Assembly: GCA_038087875.1 (NCBI GenBank) | Contig: CM075988.1 | Coordinates: 2,604,001-2,668,000, forward strand | Direction: 5' to 3' | DNA: 64,000 nt | Source of the DNA: Malacoraja senta | Taxonomy: Eukaryota | Shown: positions 35,761-46,898 of the stretch, piece by piece | How the letters are laid out: every line of letters starts with the position of its first letter | Position numbering within the stretch: the stretch's first letter is position 1 | The notes under the pieces: model-generated | Database searches by the model: none | Told to the model about the DNA's origin: nothing | What the model saw: only the letters and a program-made list of their open reading frames with translations | Translations under genes and position numbers: made by a program

Positions 35761-38700
35761 TGATTATTGAAGTTAATACTATCTGTTTAAAAATTATTAG
35801 CTAAAACTGTGATTTATACATGACATGTTATAATGAAACATAGAGGGTAAAATTGTATTATATATCTTAATGTGTGTCCCAGTTTTAATATGTTATGATT
35901 AATTAAGAGAGCGGCGCTAGTTGCTTAACATCAGCAACGGAAGTCGAAACAAGGTTTTCTCCCACCTACAGGTGGGCCACTAGTTACAGTGTCAACTATT
36001 TTAGACACTGTATTTTCACTTTTTTTATTTTTTTTATTTTTATTATCACTTAAATTCACATGTTTGTTTTTTGTGTTTAGGGATAAGCGTAAAAGGAATA
36101 TACCAACAAAATTTAGAAATTTAAAACTCCCCCCAATACCCAAAGACCTGGGATATGGATGCACCACAAAATTTAAAGGTACTATAATTACTCAAAATGC
36201 AAGATGCTAAGCAAAAGAGCCTAGGAGGAGTCTCATTCTGCAGTTGGAATATAAGAGGTATTAATGAACCCATTAAAAGGGCTAAGATACTAGATCAGCT
36301 GAAATTGTACAACTCTGACATTATCTTTTTACAAGAAACTCATCTAAAATCCCATGATCAACCTAGGTTGAGGGCGAAATGGATAGGTCAAACATACCAT
36401 TCTTCATTTACCTCAAAATCTAGATACGTCAATTATTATAAGAAAAGGTATACCATTCAAAGCAAAGAATACTATAACAGACATTGAAGGGAGATACTTA
36501 ATAGTTAATGGAGAAATTCATGATACTCCAATCACTTTGGTAAATATATACGCGCCTAACTTTGACAACCCTCATTTTTTAAATAAAATTTTGAATAGCA
36601 TCGCAGAGTCTAACTATCAAAATGTTATAATAGGAGGAGACTTTAACTGTGTTTTAGATCCGTATTTAGATAAATCAAGCAAAAAACTGAGAGGGAATAC
36701 GAAATCTAAATCTGGTGAATTTTTAAATACTTATATAAACAACACTAATATAGCAGATGTTTGGAGAATTGCTAATCCAACTGGCAGGGAATACTCGTTT
36801 TATTCAATGGTACACAAAACATACTCACATATAGATTATTTCCTGGCAGACACCAAATTAATCCCTCATATTTCTAACCCAACATATCATACAAACTCTA
36901 TTTCAGATCATTCACCATTAACTTTTTTTTTTAAACTGGAAGGGATGTCTAAGAATAAATCGTTCTGGAGATTTAACTCATATCTTAAAAGATCCACAAG
37001 TGAGTATATATTTAAAAGAACAAATGGATGCCTTTTTTGAAATAAATGACACTCCAGACATATCGCCTACTGTATTATGGGAATCTTTTAAAGCATATAT
37101 TAGAGGTATTATAATTTCATACCAAGCTTTTCAAAATAAAAAGAATAAGAATGAACAAAAACAACTAGAGGAACTTATTAGACAAATGGATATAGATAAT
37201 GCTAAAGATCCATCAATAGAAAAACATAATAAAATAATAATTCTGAAATTTAAATTAAATAAACTATTATCAGCCAAACTGATAAAACTTTTTCAAATTA
37301 CAAAACAAGAGTACTTTGAATTTGGGGATAAACCGCATAAACTTCTGGCCCGACAGCTAAAAAAACGTGCAAAAGAACATACGATCCCAAAGATTAAATC
37401 AGATAGAGGGGAATTACTAACTACACCGAAGGATATTAATAAAAGATTTGCACAATTTTATGAGAATCTGTATACATCTAAAATGACAACTGATTCCTAT
37501 AAAATTACTGAGTTTCTGGATAACTGTAATCTTCCAAAGTTAGAGGTGAAGGAACAAGAGGAATTGGGAGCACAAATTTCAATTAAGGAATTAGAAGATA
37601 CAATAAAATCACTAAAGAATGGAAAAACTCCAGGTCCTGATGGATTTACTAATGAATTTTATAAAAATTTCTATGATAAAATTATACCTAGATTACAAAA
37701 AATGTACCAACATGCTTTTAAAAAACAAATACTACCTGATACATTAGCTGAATCAACGATTACATTAATACTTAAAAAAAAACAAAGATATAGAAGAACC
37801 GGGTTCATATAGAGGTATTGCATTGTTAAACACAGATAAAAAAATATTAGCAAAAACATTAGCTAGAAGATTAAGTAAATATATTAGCAAACTAATAAAT
37901 CCAGATCAGACAGGGTTTATCCCGAAGAGATACTCAGCTAATAATATGAGACGTTTACTCAATATAATGCATTCACATAAATTTGAAGAACAAGAATTTG
38001 GGTCCTTTTCTGGATATAGAATAAACTGGAACAAAAGTGAAATTATGACGTTAAAACCTCAAGAATCCACATACTTATTGAAATTCCCCTTTAAAATAGC
38101 AACAGAAAAATTCAAATATTTGGGTATTCAGATTACTAGAAAACATAAAGCTTTATTCAATGCCAATTTTATACCCTTAATAAATAAACTTAATATAATG
38201 ATAAAATTTTGGAAAACACTCCCTTTATCATTAATAGGCAGAATAAATGCTATTAAAATGAGCTTCCTACCACAGTTATTATACCTATTTCAATCTATAC
38301 CAGTATATGTACCAAAATATTTTTTTTCTAAACTGAACGCTAATATTACTAATTTTGTTTGGGATTACAAATCACATAGAATTAAAAAAGAACACTTATG
38401 TAAACCAAAAGATGTCGGGGGACTTTCACTCCCTAATTTTTTGTATTACTATTGGGCAATACATATTAAGAATATAATTTACTGGTTGGATAGTTCAACT
38501 CAACAGACAGAATGGATAAAAATGGAGAAAGAGGATTGTTATCCTTGTAATATAGGAACAATCCTCTTCTCCCCGAAAAAAATGAACAATACAATATATA
38601 AGAAAAACCCAATTATACAAGATACAATAAGAATATGGAAACAAATAAAATTATCCTTAAAATTAAGAAACCTATCATTGTTAACACCGATAGCGAATAA

Positions 38701-41700
38701 TCCTTTATTTAAACCATCTATGATGGATAAAATATATAATCAATGGGAAAGTTTAGGAATTAAAAGGATCGGGGATATGTATGAAATGGGAGATTTATTA
38801 TCATTTCAACAATTACAATTAAAATTTAAACTGAAAAACACTCATTATTTTAAATATTTTCAGATTTGTAATTTTTTGAAGACATACATACAGGGATATC
38901 AAAAAATAACTCCTGATTTACTAGAAGAAGTAATGAATATAAAAGCTGATACACAAAAATTAATATCATATTTATACAATAGTATCTTAAATATCGATTT
39001 ACCTGTGACCGAGGTAATTAGAGAAGAGTGGGAACGGGAATTATTGATAAAAATTACGAAGGCTACATGGGGAAAGTATTTGACATACATTCACAAGTGT
39101 TCGATTAACGCAAGACATAACCTAATCCAATTAAAAATTTTACATAGATTATATTACTCAAAAACAAGATTAAATAAATTTTATCCAAATATATCGCCCA
39201 TTTGCGATAAATGTTTAACCCAAGACGCAACTATAACACACTCTTTTGTTTCTTGTATAAAACTTCATGGATTTTGGAGTGATATTTTCAAAATATTTAC
39301 AAAATTATTTAAGACAAAAATGGAACCCAATAATGAATTGATTATATTTGGGGTAATGGAAGACGGGAACAAATTGAGCTCATCTGAAAAGTCAATTTTT
39401 AATTATGGTTTAATAATAGCAAAAAAATTAATATTCAAATTTTGGAAAAATACACCAATACCAACGCTCAAAATGTGGATTGCAAGTATGTTGGATACCG
39501 CACATCTTGAGGAAATGCGATTCCTCCTAATAGATAAATTTGACCAATTCATAACGAGTTGGTCTCCATTTGTCGTCTTTTTGGAAACATATGGTGCAAA
39601 ACAGGTGTAAAAGCTAATCCGTGACTGCGGATGGTCAAGATTATAAATGATCTCCTATTTTCTTTTCTTCTCTTCTCTTCTTTTATTCTCTTTCTTCTAT
39701 TTTCTATGTCTCAACTTTCTTTTTTCATTCTTTATTTTTATTTTTCACACACTATATATCACATTTTTCTATTTTTCATTACCTAACTTTTTTCTTTTTC
39801 TTCTTTATTTCAAAAAAAAATTTAAATAAGAAGCTGTACATAAAAGGTATTATGAAAATATGATTGTATACAATTGTACTTCTAATAAAATAAAAATATT
39901 AAAAAAAAAAAAAGAATTATCAATTATTTCGCTGGACGCTGAAAAAGCATTTGATCAAGTAGAATGGAATTATATGGATAAAGTATTAGAAAAATTCCAA
40001 TTGGGAAAGAATTTTATTTTATGGATTAAATTACTATATAATAAACCTACAGCTAGAATATTAACTAATAATATATTATCTTCGAAATTTCAACTATTAA
40101 GGGGAAATAGACAAGGGTGCTCATTATCACCACAGTTGTTTGCTCTTATAATTGAACCATTAGCAGAAAAAAATAGAATACATCCCGATATCCATGGGTA
40201 TAATACTAAATACTCAAATAATAAAATATCTTTATAAACGGATGATATATTACTGTACATTACAAAACCTCAAATCACTATACCAAATATATTAAACTTA
40301 ATTGAAGACTTTGGATCTTTTTCTGGATACAGAATAAATTGGAATAAAAGTGAAATTATGTCAATAAAACCGAAAGACTCAACACATCTTTTAAAATTCC
40401 CTTTTAAAATAGCTACAGAAAAATTTAAATACCTGGGAATCGAAATTACCAGAACATATCAAGGTATGTTTAAAGCAAATTTTGAGCCTTTACTTAATAA
40501 ATTAAATACATTAATTAAATTTTGGAAAATGCTCCCGATGTCTTTAATAGGCCGAATAAATGCAATAAAAATGATCTTTCTTCCACAAATTTTATACCTA
40601 TTTCAATCGATTCCTATATACTTACCAAAGAAGTTTAAAAAAAAACTGGACTCAGACATTACTAATTTTATATGGGACTTTAAATCACATAGAATACAAA
40701 GAACACACCTGAACAAACCCAAAGTACTAGGGGGCTTAGCACTCCCTAATTTCATGTATTATTATTGGTCAGTAAATATTAAAAATATGATTCAACTGAT
40801 GGATAATTTTGCTCAGCAAGTGGATTGGATTGTAATGGAGAGAGAGGACTGCTCCTCTAGAAACATTGGAGCGATCCTCCTCTCACCAACGAAACTGAAT
40901 AACATAAACTATAATAAGAACCCAATCATACATAGTACAATCAGAATTTGGAAACAAATAAAACAAAATTTAAAATTAAGACATTTTTCACTTTTATCTC
41001 CCATAGTTAATAACCCTTCGTTTAATCCCTCTACTACAGATAAAGCCTTCATACAATGGGATAGACTAGGAATTAAAACGTTCGGTGACCTGTATGAAAC
41101 TGGAAAATTACTATCATTTCAGCAATTACAAATAAAATATAAACTTGGAAATAATCAATATTTTAAATATTTTCAAATATGTGACTATTTGAAAAAATAT
41201 ATAAAAGATCATTATAATAGCCCAGTAGATGTTTTGGATGATGCAATGCAGATAAAAGCTGATTCAGCAAATTCAATATCATATTTGTATAATATTATCT
41301 TAAATGTAGAAATACCATCTACGGAAGGTATTAGAAGAGAATGGGAACAAGATTTAGCTATTATAATCTCAAAAGAAAAGTGGAATGAATACTTATTAAA
41401 AGTGCATAAATGTTCGATAAATGTAAGACATACTTTAATACAATCCAAAATTTTACATAGATTATACTATTCTAAAACTAAAATCCATAACATTTCCCAA
41501 ATATATCATCAAACTGCGATAAATGTCAATCTCAAGAAGCTACTATAGCGCATTCATTTGTCTTTTGTACAAAAATTCAAAAATTTTGGATTGACATTTT
41601 TGAAATCTTTACAAAATTATTTAAAATAAAACTGATACCCAAAGCAGAATGGATTATCTTCGGAATAACGGAAGATAGTCCAGAACTAAATGTGTTTCAA

Positions 41701-42263
41701 AAGAAACTAATAGACTATGGGTTAATAACTGGAAAAAAGTTAATCCTAAAATTTTGGAAAAATGCTCCAATACCAACTATAAATATGTGGATTTCAAATA
41801 TGTTTGAAACATTACACCTAGAAGAGATAAGACTCCTCCTGGCAGGTAAACCAGACCACTTCCATCTGACGTGGTCGGCATTTATAGAATTATTACAAAT
41901 ATAGGGTGCAAAGGTACTTAAAAAAAACTGAGGTCGGGTAGGGGGGGGATGAAAATTGGAGATTTGGTATGTCCCATTTGCGGGATGCTGATAAAAAAGG
42001 TATTTGTTCTTCTCTTTTTCCTTTCTCTTTTTCTTCTTCTTTTCTAGGGTCTACTTCTTAACTCTTTTTCTTATAGGGTCTTTGTTCTTTCTTGTTGTCA
42101 TGTTTTTTTTTTTTTTTACACTTTCACCTTTTCCTTCACTTTCCTCTTTCTCTTAATCTTATCCTCTCCCTTTATTAATGTAAAAAAAACAACAAATGGA
42201 GTACATTAATTGTAATAAAATATATGTGACGAGTACTAAATTTTTTTTTTTTTTTAATAAAAA
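35761..42263 (+). mobile_element. L1-clade LINE A (5'-truncated in the spacer; APE-RT ORF2 from 36197 to 41904, disrupted)
   Basis: SWNIRG, FLQETH, NIYAPN, GGDFN, SDHSP, GKTPGPDG, SLDAEKAFD and RQGCSLSP. TSD AAGATTGATGGA at 35749-35760 and 42264-42275. Confidence 0.9.
37999..39911 (+). mobile_element. L1-clade LINE B, 5'-truncated, nested in L1 A
   Basis: Begins at FGSFSGYRIN, has its own stop (39610), T-rich 3' UTR, AATAAA and poly(A). AAGAATT at 37992-37998 and 39912-39918; L1 A resumes at LSIISLDAEKAF. Confidence 0.88.
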
Positions 42264-42499
42264 AAGATTGATGGAAGGGATTTGTGCCCATGAAAACTCG
42301 GGAGGTGAAGACTCATCAGATGGGAAACATAAAGCTACGCCCACGAAAACTTGGGAAGCTTGATGAAATTCTTGGAAAATACATCAGCATCTTTTTGTTA
42401 GGATATTTGTTAGAGAGAAGCAGTCATTATTGTATTTTGGTTATCATTAATGATGAGGGTTATCATAATGACCAAATTGAAGACACTACAACATGGAGA

Positions 42500-43020
42500 A
42501 TCCCTGCATTTGTAAGATTTGCTTAACCTTTGTCAGTGGAAAATTACAGGCTGTGAATGGTGCCAGCCAGTCTGAGCCTTAGATTGATATGCAGGAAGGA
42601 GAAATATCCAGGTGTTCTCCTAATTTCTTCCTAATTGAAATTCTGCAAATAAACTTAAATGCATTGCTTTGATTGGATTGCTGCAAAGGAATTGTAAATA
42701 ATTTTGCAAGGCAGTTACCCTGCTGTTTGTTGATTGGCCAAAGTGTGAAGCCCTGGCTGAATTGTTTGTATTCCAGGGTAAATGTTGCATTATTCAGTTA
42801 AACTGACTTCCTTCCAGAAGCTTCCGTAAGAAACATTGTTTGGGACTCTTTGTAATTGGGTTGGGGAACTGTCAATAATACTTGGATGTAATTAATATGT
42901 ATGATTGGTTTGTAAGCCTACAAGTAACAAACAAAATGTGTTGATCACCTCTGGAACGTACATAGTTACAATACCACTTGTTTTAGTGACTGTGAAATGA
43001 AAAAAAAAAGTAATTTAATT
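42500..43020 (+). mobile_element. Probable 3' LTR remnant of ERV1
   Basis: Colinear blocks shared with LTR 44636-45227: TTGTAAATAAT.TTGCA, TGTTGATTGG, CAGGGTAAATGTT, TGACTTC and ATTGGGTT.GGGAA. Boundaries uncertain. Confidence 0.55.
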
Positions 43021-43022
43021 AA

Positions 43023-43740
43023 CTAGATCCTGGAAAACCAATAACCATTGGTGAAAAACCAGTCCAGGCATAAAATTTTGGGCTTCAGCCCCATCCTACC
43101 CTTTGAGCTTCTAGCCCATCCTAACTTAGTTGTGTGGGTTAGTTGTCTGTGCGTGATGTGTGTGTGTGTTAGTTGTCTGTGCGTGATGTGTGTGTGGGAG
43201 GGAAGGAGAGAAGGGAGGGAGGTTGAGGGAGAGAAGGGAGGGAGGGAGAGAAGGGAGGGAGGGAAGTTGAGAAAGGAGGGAGGGAAGGAGAGAAAGAAGG
43301 GATGGAGAGAATGAGAGAAGGGAAAAGAGAGAGGAAGGAGAGAAGGGAGGTAGAGGGACGGCGGCGGGAGCGGATGCCGGGGTCCGGGCGGACGAGTGTG
43401 AGTTGAGGCCAATGTTTGTAAATGTTGCTCCAATCCCCGGCCCGGCCCTCCGTGTATTGTTCACCGCGTCTCCCCGGGGAGAGAGAGGGGTGGAGTCGGG
43501 GCTGTGTGAGTGAAGCACGGTGACTGGAGGGGCGGGAGCGCAGCCCCGGGAGCGTGAGGGAAAGACCCACCTCCCCCTTCTCCAAAGACCCCCTCACACC
43601 CCCTCCTCTTCTACCCCTTTCTTCCCTCTCCACCTCTCTACTCTCTCTCCGCCCCTCTCTCCCCCCTCCACCCGGGGTAGATCTACCTGAGCCGAGAGTA
43701 GATTACTCTGACGCGGGGCCCAATTGGGAGCAATCGGTCC
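43023..43740 (-). mobile_element. Probable non-autonomous Helitron (3' end at 43023)
   Basis: Minus strand hairpin ACCAAT-GGTT-ATTGGT, ~10 nt, then CTAG^T; internal GA-rich simple repeats; 5' end not identified. Confidence 0.4.
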
Positions 43741-43744
43741 AATC

Positions 43745-43912
43745 GGCTTAAGGCCGGCCCTGTGTGGGACAAAACCGGAGATCCCGGAGAAAATCCCGCA
43801 CATGTGACGAGGAGAATGTACAAATCCTGTACAGACAGCACCCGTAGTTGGGATCAAACCCAGGTCTCTAGCGCTGTGAGGCAGCAACTCTACCGCTGTG
43901 CCACCGTGTTGC
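43745..43912 (-). mobile_element. tRNA-derived SINE 5' part
   Basis: Minus strand GGCAACACGGTGGCACAGCGGTAGAGTTGCTGCCTCACAGCGC..GGTTTGATCC. Confidence 0.8.
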
Positions 43913-44120
43913 CATTTCTGTTTTTGGTTTACAGATGTTCTGCATCTGCTGGTATTTGTTTTTCTGTCGCTGGCCTGATATGATACTGTGGATATATTCT
44001 ACACTCTGAATCTTCCCCTTTGCTCTCTTTCCATTGTACTTACGTGTATTTTGGGACAGTATTATCTGACCTGATTGGGGGATAGCAAAGCTTTTTGCTG
44101 TACCTCTCCACACATGATAA

Positions 44121-44635
44121 TCAATATAACTAAAAGTCTCATCTTGGGCACTTCCTGTCTGTGCTGTATATTGATTTTAGACAAAAATGCTACCATATAC
44201 CGCTATGATTTTTGGCCATCTTTCTCACAGTCCTTCTCCCCGAGGATCTTTCCGATTGATGAAAAATATAAAAGTTATGAGTGTTTAAAAAATCTTGATC
44301 AGCTGATTGGTCCTCTTGCCTGTCAATCACCACGATGAAGGTAACACCCCTTCCGGGGGGGGGGCAGGACTATAATACCCCAGATGCCTGGACATGAGTC
44401 AGTGATTCTGGAAGATCGTGAGGGAGAGTGCACAACTGTGATTCTAAGCTGTGAATCAACTGAACTGTGAGTCTGCAATGTACTTGCAATAAATGATTTG
44501 TTAGCCCTTAATGACATTGCAATGAGTTGTTTGGAAATTTGGTGACCTAGACTCTGCTTGAAATGCTATGAAATTTAATTTGGTGGCCTGCACTCTGCCT
44601 GAAATGCTGTGAAATTGAATTTGGTGGCCTGCACT
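44121..44635 (+). mobile_element. Non-autonomous Helitron 5' part, interrupted by the ERV2 LTR
   Basis: A^TCAATATAACTAAAAGTCTCATCTTG head homologous to units A and B; ~40-bp tandem repeats GGTGGCCTGCACTCTGCCTGAAATGCT at 44540-44635. Confidence 0.65.
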
Positions 44636-45227
44636 TGTTAATCCTGGCTAAATTGGACCAGATAGGACTTCAAAATGGGGTTAAGTTTCAGGGTTGCTAG
44701 GAGATTTGGTCAAATTGGAATTACTCTCTGCAGAGCTGGGACAGGCTGCGAAGAGGTGCCAGAGTGTCTGGAGCTTTGACACAATTTTCAAGCAAAGAAT
44801 GGGTGCCCTGCAAACCCTGTCAATCTGGTGCAAAATACATAGAATGGATTTTGGATGGCTGCAAACCAGACATACACATTGTAAATAGTTGTAAATAATG
44901 TTGCAGAGTCTGAATTTGCTAAGTGTTGATTGGATGAGGTGTTGAGCCTTGTCTGGGTTTTCTGTTAATCAGGGTAAATGTTTCCAAGTTGACTTCATCT
45001 CGAAGTCTGTTGTGAATACAATGTATTGAACTGTTGTATCATTGGGTTAGGGAAATGCCTGTTATGTATGGGGTTAATCGATGAGGTAAGGATCAAATCC
45101 ACGGTGGGATAGGTAGAGTGTGATCTGTGGCTCGCATTTGTAAAATAAAATTTAGTTGATTCAAGTGCTTGATTCAGTGTTTTTACTGAAACTAGACTGC
45201 GGGAAGCTTAGAAACGAGCAATTATCA
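44636..45227 (+). mobile_element. 5' LTR of endogenous retrovirus 2
   Basis: TGTTAAT...ATTATCA termini, AATAAA at ~45144, immediately followed by a PBS. Confidence 0.8.
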
Positions 45228-45228
45228 T

Positions 45229-45246
45229 TGGGGGCTCACCCAGGAT
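45229..45246 (+). promoter_or_regulatory. Primer-binding site, tRNA-Pro
   Basis: TGGGGGCTCACCCAGGAT vs canonical TGGGGGCTCGTCCGGGAT (15/18, all three differences transitions). Confidence 0.8.
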
Positions 45247-45909
45247 CTCAAAAGACCCCAAAACACAAGTTTGCGATCAATGGTGTTGAGCTGTTTCGAT
45301 CGCGGGTGCAGAAATTGGGCCCACTGTGCGGTTTTTGTATTGAATTTCGGCACTTCGTGAGTCGGAGCGGATCGATCATTCGCGGGTTTGGGAAATGGTC
45401 TAATCGAGAACATTTGAACAGTCTAGCAAGCACGGGGGAGTGGTTAGCACACCTTTGGGTTGGAAGCCCATAAAACCAGGCTGGGGTTAGAGGCTCTGGT
45501 GGGGTTGGGTTAGAGGCCCTTTGCTTGGTTAGAGGCCTAAAACTGGTGGTAGTTGGGCAGACTGCAGCTGCATTTAACGAGAGCTAAACGTGCTTCATCG
45601 GGCGAGGAGTGGCCCAGGGTTAGACTTGATATCCGAATGGGTGGGGTATTAAAAGACAGGTCTCGCCTTTGATCGGATCGCTGCCAGGAGCGCAAATTGA
45701 ACAGGTGCGCTATGAAAACGGCATCGATAATTTACAGCGCGAAGTGGCTAAGCGCTGGATTCTCGGTACTTAGCAGAGCATGTGCCTGTGTATAGGTATC
45801 CGAGTCTCTCCCTGAAGTTTGGGACGAGGAGCCTCGAGAAGGTACCGATCTTGGATAAACTGGGTATAAATTGGCCGGAATACCCTAGTTTATTCAAGAA
45901 TTTAATTGG

Positions 45910-46463
45910 CTGGAAAAATGCGCCCACACCAACAATAAAAATGTGGACATCAAATATGTTGGAAACATTACATCTGGAAGAGATGAGATTCCTCCTAGTA
46001 GGCAAAGTAGACCAATTTCAAAAGACGTGGTCTACGTTTTTGGACCTATTACAAGCATGAGGTGCAATAGTAATTTAGAAAAACAAATAAATAAATAAAA
46101 GGTATCTGGACCTGGTAATGGGAGGTAAAACAAAAACAGACTTGGTTGGTAGTTCCTTCTCTATGAAGTATGTTATAAGAGTTATAATAGAGCGATTGTT
46201 CCTTCTTTCTTTCTCTTTCTTTTCTAGGGTCTATTTTCTAACTTTACTTCCTTCTCTAACTTCTTTTCTAAGGGGCTTTCTTTTCCCAACACTCTTTTGC
46301 ACTTCACAACCTTTGCGCACTTTCTTCACTTTTCTTACTTCTTTCTTTTTCTTTCTTAAAGTTTAAAAAAGTGAAGCGGTACAAAAAATGTATTAATATA
46401 TACGTGTTGTACATTACTGTAATCTACCGTACTTCTATTAAAAAAACTATTAAAAAAAAAAAA
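45910..46463 (+). mobile_element. L1-clade 3' fragment D
   Basis: WKNAPTPTIKMW..LHLEEMRFLL, T-rich UTR and poly(A); TSD AAGAATTTAATTGG at 45896-45909 and 46464-46477. Confidence 0.9.
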
Positions 46464-46898
46464 AAGAATTTAATTGGGTAATTTTAGCTGATTCGAGAGC
46501 CTGCGTAGTAAACAGATACGCACTAAAAATTAAGAGTTCGAATTCAAGTCTAAATTTGCAGCGAAATTTCCAAGTACTTGATTTCATATTGAAGTTCTGC
46601 GTAAGGTGGGATTTGAATACCTGTATATAGAACTTCGAAGTTGGTGCATGTCAGTGATCGATTCCGAATAGCGGCTGATCAACAGTGAATAGTAACCCTC
46701 TGGTCGATTGTTGATTAGTACCTGATAGTGAAGAGTACCTGAGAGACGGGAGCCTCCCTACTTGATGAAAATTAATCATACTAATATGAGTAACCAATGT
46801 ATTAATCTAATGGATTTTGTGGGATAAGGGGCCTATAGAGATGATTATTATTAACAGATATATAATGTTAATAAGGCTGAAAAGAAATGAAATATAAT

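Larger units (their letters stand above)
28190..43020 (+). mobile_element. Endogenous retrovirus 1 (gamma/epsilon-like, class I), decayed, env-less, 5' LTR not found
   Basis: Leader, gag (PPPY, CCHC-like knuckle), protease LVDTGA, RT LPQGF, RNase H YTDSRYAF and integrase, then an LTR-like remnant. Interrupted by a TIR element, an L2-like tail and L1s. Confidence 0.85.

Noticed and set aside
37823..39610. 595-aa ORF as an intact gene
   Set aside because: Chimera of two nested L1s lacking the RT catalytic core.
43023..43751. ORFs of 88-154 aa
   Set aside because: GA/CT simple repeats inside a probable non-autonomous element.
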